DNA of 64,000 nt from Candidatus Poribacteria bacterium. GTDB taxonomy: Bacteria; Poribacteria; WGA-4E; GCA-2687025. The notes beneath the pieces are model-generated. The model saw only the letters and a list, made by a program, of their open reading frames with translations, had not been told where the DNA came from and did not search any database. Below, piece after piece: positions 10,129-19,158 of the stretch. Numbering within the stretch: position 1 is the stretch's first letter; each line of letters opens with the position of its first letter. Location of the stretch: contig OY762492.1 of the NCBI GenBank assembly GCA_963665845.2, positions 352,001 through 416,000 of the forward strand, in the 5' to 3' direction. The position numbers and the translations under genes were made by a program.

Positions 10129-11778
10129 TCATTCGTTGTAAAACAAAGTGAAGCCCAAGCCGCAGCCGCCTTCCGCCTTCATGACATGCAAACCGTTGAA
10201 GTTGGCATGGTATACCCAACAGTTGAGAGAGCGTCCGTCCTCCCCGGCTCCCCATCCATTATTCCGATGGTATGCTTCGTTCTCCCCGTTAGACAGGTTA
10301 ATCTGCGTGATGCGGCGCTCTTTCATGTTCGTTCCGAGCGTTGCGCCGTCTCCAAAGCGGCCGCCGATCTGCCCTTTGTAGTAGTCTCCGCTGTATTCAC
10401 GGACGGCTATCTGGACGAATCCCGACTCGCGCGCTCTTGAGAGGACCGGATTCCCGTCCGTTTCAACCGTCAAGCTTGTGATGATTTCAGGTTCAGGTTG
10501 AGGCTCTCCTTCAACAATAAAAAAGACAGGGCGCGCCCAGCTCGTAATATGGAACGTGTGAACGCCCTCCGCCTTCACCTCCAGCTTCCAGCCTCTTGCG
10601 TTGACATCGGCTTCCGCCGACCAGACCCCGCTTGCGTCATGGGCGTAGAGAAGCGTTGAGTTGCGCGGCCATTCGAGGCGGGAGCTGGAATGGAACTTTG
10701 GCTGCATTTTCCCGTGGAGGCGGCGCGGCGCGGAGTCGGCGTCTCCAATAAAGGCGCCGCGTCGGCTGATAAACGCATACTGCGTTCCGTCCGGGCTGAA
10801 GCGCGCCGACCATCCTTCTCCCAGATCGCGCGGACCGCTCTCCGATTCCAGATTGGCGATGGCGACTCGGCGCTGTTTTGCGCCTGTCTCAAGCAGCATC
10901 CGTTTGCCGTCCGAAGAGAGCTGAAATGCGCGGACATTTTTCGTTGGATAAAACAGGCTCCATTCGGTATTGCGCGGGGTCGGGCTGAAGGGTCGGCGCC
11001 AGACGCCTTCGCTGTCATGGACATACAGCGCGCTTGAATCGGCGGACCAAACAGGCTGCGTCTCCGCATGGATTTTCGGCTGGCGCGCCGTTAGATAGGA
11101 AGGCGGCGCCGCTGGTTTCTTTGCGGGAAGCCATTTCAGACGACGAACGACATTCATTTTGGGAGTCTCGCCTTGAACGCTGACATACCTGTACGCCTCA
11201 TTTTCAGAGTGGACGCTCTCTTTTTCTAGATAGCGCAGATAGCCGCCGTCTTCGGAGAATTGGAGATTTCGTTTGACGGTTTTGACCGATTCATGTTGAC
11301 GCCAAGGGGCGACTGAAAAAGGGACATCGGGCGTACGGTTTTGGAATTTATGAGAATCCTCCTGAACGACGCCGAGAATATAGATGTCGTATTCATCCGA
11401 CGCTCCACCCAGCTCCTTCGTGAGATAGGCGATCACAGACGGATCGGGTCCTTCCACAACCTCGATATACTCAACCGTCAGAGGATATGTGTATCTTCTT
11501 TGCCCGAAATTGGCGTCGCCGAAAACGTACGCCGCCCGTTTCGCCTGACCGTTTGCCCATCGATCCGCGACGAACGCGAGCCAGTTGCCGTCCTGGGAAC
11601 CTGTTATGGCGCGCGTTACGGCGATAGGGGATTTGACGGGCGTTATGGGCGGCTTGTCCGTCTGCTTCTCGGTGGAGAGCGCCAACAGCAGCGCGCCTGA
11701 AAAAACTGCCAGCGCCGCAAGGGAGGCGATTCCCATGCCCAACATCTTTTGACGCCGAGGGCGCTTTCTGTTTATCAT
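10129..11778 (-). CDS. Membrane-anchored/secreted beta-propeller (WD40/TolB-like) protein
   Basis: N-terminal hydrophobic helix; SQDG, FSEDG, WSADS, LSSDG, FSPDG blade motifs. Confidence 0.7.
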   Translation of the reverse strand: MINRKRPRRQKMLGMGIASLAALAVFSGALLLALSTEKQTDKPPITPVKSPIAVTRAITGSQDGNWLAFVADRWANGQAKRAAYVFGDANFGQRRYTYPLTVEYIEVVEGPDPSVIAYLTKELGGASDEYDIYILGVVQEDSHKFQNRTPDVPFSVAPWRQHESVKTVKRNLQFSEDGGYLRYLEKESVHSENEAYRYVSVQGETPKMNVVRRLKWLPAKKPAAPPSYLTARQPKIHAETQPVWSADSSALYVHDSEGVWRRPFSPTPRNTEWSLFYPTKNVRAFQLSSDGKRMLLETGAKQRRVAIANLESESGPRDLGEGWSARFSPDGTQYAFISRRGAFIGDADSAPRRLHGKMQPKFHSSSRLEWPRNSTLLYAHDASGVWSAEADVNARGWKLEVKAEGVHTFHITSWARPVFFIVEGEPQPEPEIITSLTVETDGNPVLSRARESGFVQIAVREYSGDYYKGQIGGRFGDGATLGTNMKERRITQINLSNGENEAYHRNNGWGAGEDGRSLNCWVYHANFNGLHVMKAEGGCGLGFTLFYNE

Positions 11779-11866
11779 CGGTCGATTCCTTTCTCCGCCG
11801 CGCCGGTCTTGCGTCTATATACATCATAACATGAGCGGGGAGAAATGCGAACAGGCTGACCTTACG

Positions 11867-12022
11867 GGCAGTCTCTATAGACGATGATTTCGATTTTTAG
11901 AGCGTCGTTTTAGAATGCGGAGGCTGTCTGGAAAAACTCTGGATTCCCGCTTGCGCGGGAATGACGGTTTGGATCGGCGGGCTGCCGCGCAAAAATGAAC
12001 GTCATCGCCTGTAGAGACTGCC
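11867..12022. mobile_element. 156-bp MITE (family B), 21-bp imperfect TIRs, 8-bp target duplication ACCTTACG
   Basis: GGCAGTCTCTATAGACGATGA (11867-11887) / TCATCGCCTGTAGAGACTGCC (12002-12022); ACCTTACG at 11859-11866 and 12023-12030; REP at 11942-11965 inside. Confidence 0.8.
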
Positions 12023-12108
12023 ACCTTACGTCTTTAGTTGAGACATGCCGGCAGGCGAACGCGGACTGCCTCTAAGGCGCCTAAGATTCCCGCTTACGCG
12101 GGAATGAC
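12023..12108 (+). repeat. Half copy of family-A element with REP palindrome (12085-12108)
   Basis: Matches 50660-50747 by eye. Confidence 0.7.
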
Positions 12109-12900
12109 AGCCGGCGGCGCGAACGGACGCTCGCTCAAACAAACATAGAGACCCTCGACGGCGGACGCATGCGGATCCACCCGCGCCGCATACTGAATCG
12201 GTACCGCAAGCGATTCGCATACCCGCCGCGTCTCCTCTTTATTGCCAATCAGAAAACCGATGTCCGCCTCCAGCAGCGCCGGTATGTCGTTCAGGGCGTC
12301 CCCTACATAAACAACCCGACCCCCAGAAGCGCGCATCTGTTGAACGCAGGCGCGCTTGTCCATCGCCGAGACGATGCGCCTGCATAGGCGTCCCGTCGAG
12401 ACGCCGAACTGATCAAACTCCAGCGTGTTGGAGCGCACATCCTCAATGCCCGACCCTTCCCGCGCCAAATCTTCCGACCAGTTCGCCGAAACGACGACGG
12501 CGCGCCCTCCGCCGCGCACCCAGCGCTCCGCCATTTCGCGCGCGCCTTCTCGGGTCGGCGTTCTCCGCCCCGCTTCTTTTAATGCTGACCGCCGTATCCC
12601 CGCCAGAATGCCCGCCTCTTCAACGGCGTCCACGGCGCGCCGCTCATAAGCGTCCAAAACGGCGTAAAACTGCTCCACCCGCTCCTCCATCCGCCCGTCA
12701 GAATTGACGTCAGACAAAGCCGCTTCTATGACGCGCCGCCGCTCATGCCGGTATTCTTCAACGCCGCGCTCCCACAGCGCCCTCATCGCCTGCGCCTCCT
12801 TCGGCGGACGGCTGTCGATGGCAAGCTGGACGATGTCGCCTGTCGTGTCGCGCAGGGAGATCGTTTCGTCAAAATCAAAAGCGAGAATGGGAGCCTTCAT
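12094..12900 (-). CDS. HAD-superfamily hydrolase/phosphatase
   Basis: DFDETI motif I, VVSAN motif II, YVGDALND motif IV. Confidence 0.85.
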   Translation of the reverse strand: MKAPILAFDFDETISLRDTTGDIVQLAIDSRPPKEAQAMRALWERGVEEYRHERRRVIEAALSDVNSDGRMEERVEQFYAVLDAYERRAVDAVEEAGILAGIRRSALKEAGRRTPTREGAREMAERWVRGGGRAVVVSANWSEDLAREGSGIEDVRSNTLEFDQFGVSTGRLCRRIVSAMDKRACVQQMRASGGRVVYVGDALNDIPALLEADIGFLIGNKEETRRVCESLAVPIQYAARVDPHASAVEGLYVCLSERPFAPPAVIPA

Positions 12901-13012
12901 TGCGATTCCATGCCGCCGTTGCGCCGCGTCCTTCAGAATATGTTAGCCGTTTCAAGCGTTATATGGCATCATATTTGGCGGTCTGGCAATGAATTGCGAA
13001 AAGGAGACGCAT

Positions 13013-14467
13013 ATGAGCGCGCCGCGCGTTCGATTCGCCCCCTCGCCGACAGGCTCGCTTCACATCGGCAGCGCCCGAACGGCGCTCTTCAACTGGCTCT
13101 ACGCGAGGCGGCACGGCGGAACCTTCATCTTGCGCATTGACGACACTGACGCCGAACGCTCCACCGAAGAGTCAACCCGCTCCATCTTCGAGGCGATGGA
13201 ATGGCTGGGGCTGGACTGGGACGAGGGGCCGTACGCCCAATCGGACCGGCTGAAGCAGCATCAAGAACGGGCGCGGGAACTGATCGAGAACGGCGCGGCG
13301 TATTATTGCTACTGCACTAAAGAGGAGCTTGCCGCCAAACGCGAAGCCGCCCGAAAAGAAGGACGCCCCTACCGCTACGACGGAACATGCCGCAGCCTGT
13401 CCGACAGCGAACGCAAGCGGTTAGACGGCGAAGGGCGTTCAAAGGTCGCGCGGCTGAAAATTGAGCAGGACGAGAGCATCCTGACGCCAGATCTGATCCT
13501 CGGCGATGTGGTCTTCGACTCCTCAACGCTGGACGATTTCATCTTCATGAAGCCGAACTTCACGCCGCTTTACAATTTCAGCTCCGCCGTTGACGACGCC
13601 GATATGGAGATCACGCATGTGATCCGCGGGCAGGATCATCTCCCGAACACGCCGAAGCAGATACTCATCAGCAAGGCGCTTGGGATGGAGCCGCCGAAGT
13701 TTGCGCATCTTCCGATGGTGCATAACGCGCGCGGACAGAAGCTGAGCAAGCGGGACGGCGCTGTCGGGACGCTGGAGTTTCGGGAGATGGGCTTCTTGCC
13801 TGAAGCGCTGGTGAATTATCTGGCGCGCCTTGCATGGTCGGCGGAGGGCGAACAGGAGATCTTTACGACCGAGGAGCTGAAGGCGAAATTCGACCTGGAC
13901 AGGGTCGGCAAAAGCCCCTCCCGCTTCGATATGAAGAAGCTGACATGGTTGAACGGGCAGTATATGAACGAAATGCCGCTTGCTGAAAAGACGGACGGAT
14001 CGGCTCTTTTCTTGAAAAAGGCGGGTTATGAGACTGAAAACGTCCCGCGCGAACGCCTAGAGCGGATCGTGGAAGCGGTCGGCGACCGGCTCCACACCTG
14101 GCCGGACATCGTTACATACGGCTCCTATTTTTTTGAAGAGGACGGCGCGTACGAGTTTGATCCTGCGGCGGTCAAAAAATGGTTTCGTTCCGAGGCGGAG
14201 CTGGAAACAGTTCGCGCCGCCTCGCCTCTCATAGAGGGCATTGACCCGTTCGAAGTGGATGAGATCGACAAGCGAATGCGCGCCTGGGCGGAGGAGCGCG
14301 GCGAAAAGCTGATAAGGGTTCTACAGCCGCTGCGCGTCGCCGTCACAGGCAAGCAGGTTGGACCGAGCCTGTTTGAAACGCTGGAGATCTTAGGCAAAGA
14401 GTCGGTCTTGAACCGCTTGAAGCGCGCGTCAAAAGAGCTGCCGGACATGTACGCGCAAAAGGGCTGA
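13013..14467 (+). CDS. gltX: Glutamate--tRNA ligase
   Basis: RFAPSPTG, HIGS (HIGH), LRIDDTD, KLSKR (KMSKS); AAGGAG RBS. Confidence 0.95.
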   Translation: MSAPRVRFAPSPTGSLHIGSARTALFNWLYARRHGGTFILRIDDTDAERSTEESTRSIFEAMEWLGLDWDEGPYAQSDRLKQHQERARELIENGAAYYCYCTKEELAAKREAARKEGRPYRYDGTCRSLSDSERKRLDGEGRSKVARLKIEQDESILTPDLILGDVVFDSSTLDDFIFMKPNFTPLYNFSSAVDDADMEITHVIRGQDHLPNTPKQILISKALGMEPPKFAHLPMVHNARGQKLSKRDGAVGTLEFREMGFLPEALVNYLARLAWSAEGEQEIFTTEELKAKFDLDRVGKSPSRFDMKKLTWLNGQYMNEMPLAEKTDGSALFLKKAGYETENVPRERLERIVEAVGDRLHTWPDIVTYGSYFFEEDGAYEFDPAAVKKWFRSEAELETVRAASPLIEGIDPFEVDEIDKRMRAWAEERGEKLIRVLQPLRVAVTGKQVGPSLFETLEILGKESVLNRLKRASKELPDMYAQKG

Positions 14468-14479
14468 CGCTTCCGTCAA

Positions 14480-15057
14480 CCCTATCGCAGTATCGTATCT
14501 AACTTACGGGGCGCCGAGGGGCGGCTTTCCGTTCTGCCGCCGCCTCGACCCGCGCCGTAATCACTCGGCGAAACCGGTTGCCCGGCCGGGCTGTTTCAAA
14601 GCGTCATTGAAACGCCTTGCCGTTGCCGCTGCGCCTCCGCTCGGTCCCAAGCGCAAAGCCTTGGAAGCGGGCATATGAGGCGCCGCCGCGTTGGCAGCTT
14701 GTTTCGGACCTCTCCGAAACGACCCTGTGAAGAGGGCCCTCAACCGCTGACGCTCCGCCGGGGCGCGTCAACTGGCTCGCTTGACGGGGCGAACCGTTCG
14801 CGTTCGGTTCGCCGACCGTCCCAGATCAATCGGGCGGCTTGTCCGCGTCCGACGCAACAGGTCGTTGGCTGCATCTGCCTCGGAGTTCCGAAGCTCCCGT
14901 TCGGGTTGGTTCTGAGCCGCTCCGTCGCGCGTAGGAACGTTCAGCTCCGCGCCTCGCGAGGTTTCTTTCCGCCTTGGCGGTTGCCCCGCTGACCTGCCCG
15001 CCGCGTCCGACTGGATCATCGTCGAGCGTCAATAATGGATACGCAGGGCGTATAGGG
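14480..15057 (+). ncRNA. Candidate large (~580 nt) structured non-coding RNA, family unknown
   Basis: Ends pair with each other; second long-range helix; about 10 local hairpins; G-U wobbles favour the + strand; no credible ORF. Confidence 0.6.
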
Positions 15058-15160
15058 AGGGTTACAGGTTTTCGCGTTTTTTTTCTGCCGCATCCCAAAA
15101 AACGCTGTAAGCGGAAATCCGCGTATCTGCAGAAGGCGGACGTCGTCTGCGGCGCCTCTG

Positions 15161-15184
15161 GATTCCCGCTTGCGCGGGAATGAC
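15161..15184. repeat. REP-like palindrome GATTCCCGCTTGCGCGGGAATGAC
   Basis: One of about 13 copies in the window. Confidence 0.9.
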
Positions 15185-15214
15185 GACACGGTTGGCGCGG
15201 TCAGTCTCTGTCGG

Positions 15215-15243
15215 TTGAGAGCTCAACGCGCGCCATGTAAAAT
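15215..15243 (+). promoter_or_regulatory. Sigma70-type promoter of the six-paralog array
   Basis: TTGAGA-17 nt-TAAAAT. Confidence 0.6.
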
Positions 15244-15265
15244 GCGTTGAACAGGCATATCGATC

Positions 15266-17218
15266 ATGGAGGCGGAAATGAAAATGCGGCGCGTCTTGTG
15301 CGCGGCGTTCATGTTCTTTGCGGCGCGCGAATTGTGCGTCATGGCGTTTATGAACGAATACGGCGATATAGCGGTACTGTCCGGCGTTAAAATGTATCCG
15401 ACAATCTGGAGCAATCGCGGATATGCGATGCGGCGATTCAAGATTGAGAACAGGTCGCTGGATCAAACCTACCGCGTCACGCTGAGCATCCCGGCTGACA
15501 GGTTTGTTGGAAGAGCGTCCCCCGCTCCCCGACTTCATACCGTTTCTAAGACGATTGATGTTGAGCCTTCCACTATGGAATATGTGACGGTGTTTCAACC
15601 CGCTGTTTCTATGTTTGGATACGACTGCGCTGTGACGATTGACGGACAGCGGCAGGAGCAGCCCGTCGAAATGCTGACAGATCTGTATCGGTTTCACGCA
15701 GCTCCGATTTCCGCCCTGACAACATCCGCGACAACGCAGTTCGTCAGCTCGCCAGATCCGTACGAGCCGAAAATCTTCATGACCAATATCAACGCCGCCG
15801 CCTATCAAGCGACGATGAGCAATAAAGCGAGCGAGTACCTTTCCCGCTCAACAGCCGGCGGCAAAAAGTTGGCGCATCCAGTTTTCATCAGCGCCAACAG
15901 TTTTGAGAATCGTTTCAACTTCATGCTGTCTCGCAAAGCAGGAAAATTCACCGCCGGGAACAGCTCCAAAATCAGTTGGCTGCATTATTCCCCGCTTGAA
16001 GGCGTCGTCTATGACGATAGTTATGTGAATGAAATGACAGACCAAGCGCGCCTCGCTCTGTGGCGGTATGTGGAATGCGGCGGAACGCTCACTTTCATTG
16101 TGATTCGGGATGGGGTGGAGGTGGGAGATGGGACATCAAGGTATAGCAGTAAGAAGCTGCTCAGCGAATGGGCGTCTTTAGACTCTCGACTGAAGAATCG
16201 ACGCGTCTATAAGGATACGTATGAGCGGTTCGATGTTGGCTTTGGCGTGTTTCACCTGGTCGGACGGGACAGCTTCGGTTCCGTCGATATTGCCGATACG
16301 GGCGTCGCCGTACCGGAAACATGGTATGAAGCGAGAGCCGCTTGGCATCGGCAGCATACGGCATACGGCGCAAATCAGGTTCTGCCGATGACGGAGCCGG
16401 TCGATTCGCGCGGATCGTTTCAGCGTTTCTTTTTTCTAGCGTTTTTCCTTGCCGTTCTGATCGGACCCGCGCATCTTTATGTTTTAAAACGTATGAAGCG
16501 GCGCGGGTGGGTTTATTGGACGACGCCCGCGCTTGCGGCGCTGGCATGCGGCGCGTTTGTGTTGTATGCGTCTGTCGCGTTCGGTTGGAACCCGCAGACC
16601 CGCGTCGTAAGCTTGACGCATCTAGACCAGCAAACAGGGCGGGCGGCGACCATCGGCTGGGCGGCGTACTATTCCCCCATGACGAATGCCGCCGAGCTTC
16701 ATTTTGATGAAAATACGGAGCTGACGCCTCTAGTGTACGGCGATCAGCTGGTCGGCTCCATCGACTGGACAGACGGACAGCGGCTGACAGGCGGATGGCT
16801 TCCCGCCCGCGTCCCGCGGCACTTCAAGCTGCGCAAAAACGAAGACCGCCCTGAACGCATCGACATCAAAAGAGAGGGCGGCGCCTTAAAGGTCGTCAAC
16901 CGCCTCGGCGCGCGCGTCAAACATTTCTGGTATGCTGACCATGACGGCACACTGTATCGGGCGTCCGGCATCGGAAACGGCGCCGAAGCCGCTTTAACCA
17001 AAACAACAGGCGCGCCGATAGGATCGAAGAAGCTGCGCGATGTGTACGCCTCTCAAGACTGGGTTGACGAGATTGAGGCGGTCAAGGCGAAGCCCGCGGC
17101 GTATCTTCAGCCTGGGCAGTATTTTGCGGAGCTGAAAGAGAACGTGTTTGTGGAGAAGGCGCTGAAGGGCGCGAAGGCCAAGCCGTCCATATCGCTTGTG
17201 TTAGGTACCTTGGAGTAG
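15266..17218 (+). CDS. Array paralog 1: secreted N-domain, central two-TM hairpin, conserved C-domain; function unknown
   Basis: Signal peptide; LWRYVECGG; IGPAHLYVLKR..W.YWTTP; DWTDGQRL..GW..RVP.HFKLRK. Confidence 0.85.
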   Translation: MEAEMKMRRVLCAAFMFFAARELCVMAFMNEYGDIAVLSGVKMYPTIWSNRGYAMRRFKIENRSLDQTYRVTLSIPADRFVGRASPAPRLHTVSKTIDVEPSTMEYVTVFQPAVSMFGYDCAVTIDGQRQEQPVEMLTDLYRFHAAPISALTTSATTQFVSSPDPYEPKIFMTNINAAAYQATMSNKASEYLSRSTAGGKKLAHPVFISANSFENRFNFMLSRKAGKFTAGNSSKISWLHYSPLEGVVYDDSYVNEMTDQARLALWRYVECGGTLTFIVIRDGVEVGDGTSRYSSKKLLSEWASLDSRLKNRRVYKDTYERFDVGFGVFHLVGRDSFGSVDIADTGVAVPETWYEARAAWHRQHTAYGANQVLPMTEPVDSRGSFQRFFFLAFFLAVLIGPAHLYVLKRMKRRGWVYWTTPALAALACGAFVLYASVAFGWNPQTRVVSLTHLDQQTGRAATIGWAAYYSPMTNAAELHFDENTELTPLVYGDQLVGSIDWTDGQRLTGGWLPARVPRHFKLRKNEDRPERIDIKREGGALKVVNRLGARVKHFWYADHDGTLYRASGIGNGAEAALTKTTGAPIGSKKLRDVYASQDWVDEIEAVKAKPAAYLQPGQYFAELKENVFVEKALKGAKAKPSISLVLGTLE

Positions 17219-17223
17219 GTGAA

Positions 17224-19158
17224 ATGAAGCATGCGCGCGTTGCGTTGGCGTCGCTTTTTGCGTTGATTGCGGCGGATGTATTTGCCTCCCCGACCGTTTC
17301 GATGATCGGCGATATTGGGATCGTGACAAACTCGAGATCTTACGGTCGAGACGCGTTGAGCGGCTATGCGATGCATCGCATTGAGCTCTGGAACAACTCG
17401 TCCACCAAAACGCATCGGATTCATCTGCGCATTCCAGCAGAGCCGCGCGGTTTGCCCGGCGTCAACGCCTATCTTCACAGCGTCTCTAAGACGTTTGTCG
17501 TTCCGCCATCCTCTCGTATGGACGCGCTGATTCATCAACCGCCGCTGCCGATGCGCCGAGAGCCGACGATCGCTGTCACTGTCAACGGAAAGCTGGAAGG
17601 GAACGTTCGTCTTCGTATGCCGCATTCACATGCAGCCGCCGCGCCGAGACTGTTCTACCCCTCCGCCGCGCCGACAGCGAACTACATCTCCTTCGTCTCG
17701 TATGCGTTTGAACCGCGCGTCTTGATAAACGTATGGAGGAACTACGACGCATATGTCGTACTGGATCAAGCGGTTATCTCGTCCGCTTCTGCCGGCCGCG
17801 GAAGTTATGCGGCGCCTCCTAAGCCTGTCGAAGGCAGCCATTATGACGGGTTAAGAGCCGCCTATTATTATGTCCCGCCGGATGCAACGAGCGGTTTTTT
17901 CAAAGGCAACGGTTCCAAACCGGTCTGGCTCAATTACACAACATTTGAAGGCGTTGTCTATAGCGAAGAATACGCGCAGCATCTGACGCCGGCGGGCAGG
18001 AACGCGCTTTGGCGGTATGTGGATTGCGGAGGTTCGCTCGCCTATTTCGGCAGCGGAAAAATGCCGGCATGGTGGGCGGAGCTGGACCCGCGGCTGGCGG
18101 ACAAGGATCTCCAACATGGCGCGTTTGAGAAGTATGAGATCGGGTTCGGATCGCTCTATTTGGTCGGCGAGGTAGATGCGCCCGCGGCGTCAGATACTTC
18201 TACGGAAACGCATGAACTGCCGGACAGCGCCATCGACATCGCAAAGTCATGGTATGAGTCCCAACCGACGACAACGCGCCGATACACAGCGCAGGGAGCG
18301 GCAGATATTCTTCCTTTAGGGAAACGGTTCAACTTTACCGCGTCTCTACAACGCTTTTTTCTGATGGGGCTGCTTCTGGTCGTTCTGATGGGTCCGGCGC
18401 AGCTGTTCGTATTGAAACGCATCAAACGGCGCGAATGGGTTTATTGGACGACGCCCGCGCTCGCGGCCCTGGCATGCGGGGCGTTTGTGTTGTATGCGTC
18501 CATCGCGTTCGGCTGGAACCCGCAGACCCGCGTCGTCAGCTTGACGCATCTAGACCAGCAAACAGGGCGGGCGGCGACCATCGGCTGGGCGGCGTACTAT
18601 TCCCCCATGACGAATGCCGCCGAGCTTCATTTTGATGAAAATACGGAGCTGACGCCTCTAGTGTACGGCGATCAGCTGGTCGGCTCCATCGACTGGACAG
18701 ACGGGCAGCGGCTGACAGGCGGGTGGCTCCCCGCCCGCGTCCCGCGGCACTTCAAGCTGCGCAAAAACGAAGACCGCCCCGAACGCATCGACATCAAAAG
18801 AGAGAACGGGAAGATAAAGGTTGTCAACCGCCTCGGCGCGCGCGTCAAAAAATTCTGGTATGCTGACCATGATGGCAAACTGTATCGGGCGTCCGGCATC
18901 GGAAACGGCGCCGAAGCCGTTTTAACCGAACAAAAACCCGCGCCGATCGGCTTTAGGAAGCTGCGCCGCGATGTGTACGTCTCTCAAAACTGGGTGGACG
19001 AGATTGAGGCGGTCAAGGCATGGCCCTCGGTGTATCTTCAGCCTGGATGGTATTATGCGGAGCTGAAAGAGAATGTGTTTGTGGAGAAGGCGCTGAAAGG
19101 CGCGAAGGCGAAGCGGTCCACATGTCTTGCGCTGGGCGCATTGGAGGAATCGAAATGA
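17224..19158 (+). CDS. Array paralog 2
   Basis: Same architecture; post-TM block nearly identical to paralog 1. Confidence 0.85.
   Translation: MKHARVALASLFALIAADVFASPTVSMIGDIGIVTNSRSYGRDALSGYAMHRIELWNNSSTKTHRIHLRIPAEPRGLPGVNAYLHSVSKTFVVPPSSRMDALIHQPPLPMRREPTIAVTVNGKLEGNVRLRMPHSHAAAAPRLFYPSAAPTANYISFVSYAFEPRVLINVWRNYDAYVVLDQAVISSASAGRGSYAAPPKPVEGSHYDGLRAAYYYVPPDATSGFFKGNGSKPVWLNYTTFEGVVYSEEYAQHLTPAGRNALWRYVDCGGSLAYFGSGKMPAWWAELDPRLADKDLQHGAFEKYEIGFGSLYLVGEVDAPAASDTSTETHELPDSAIDIAKSWYESQPTTTRRYTAQGAADILPLGKRFNFTASLQRFFLMGLLLVVLMGPAQLFVLKRIKRREWVYWTTPALAALACGAFVLYASIAFGWNPQTRVVSLTHLDQQTGRAATIGWAAYYSPMTNAAELHFDENTELTPLVYGDQLVGSIDWTDGQRLTGGWLPARVPRHFKLRKNEDRPERIDIKRENGKIKVVNRLGARVKKFWYADHDGKLYRASGIGNGAEAVLTEQKPAPIGFRKLRRDVYVSQNWVDEIEAVKAWPSVYLQPGWYYAELKENVFVEKALKGAKAKRSTCLALGALEESK

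Noticed and set aside
14480-15057. tmRNA, RNase P RNA, SRP RNA or self-splicing intron
   Set aside because: No T-arm/CCA end, no GAGGAAAGTCC, no SRP GGAAGCAGC loop and no group II domain V on either strand
14561-15098. Short ORFs of 60-105 aa in the gltX downstream region
   Set aside because: No RBS, Arg/Pro/Ala-rich shadow composition and no recognisable motifs
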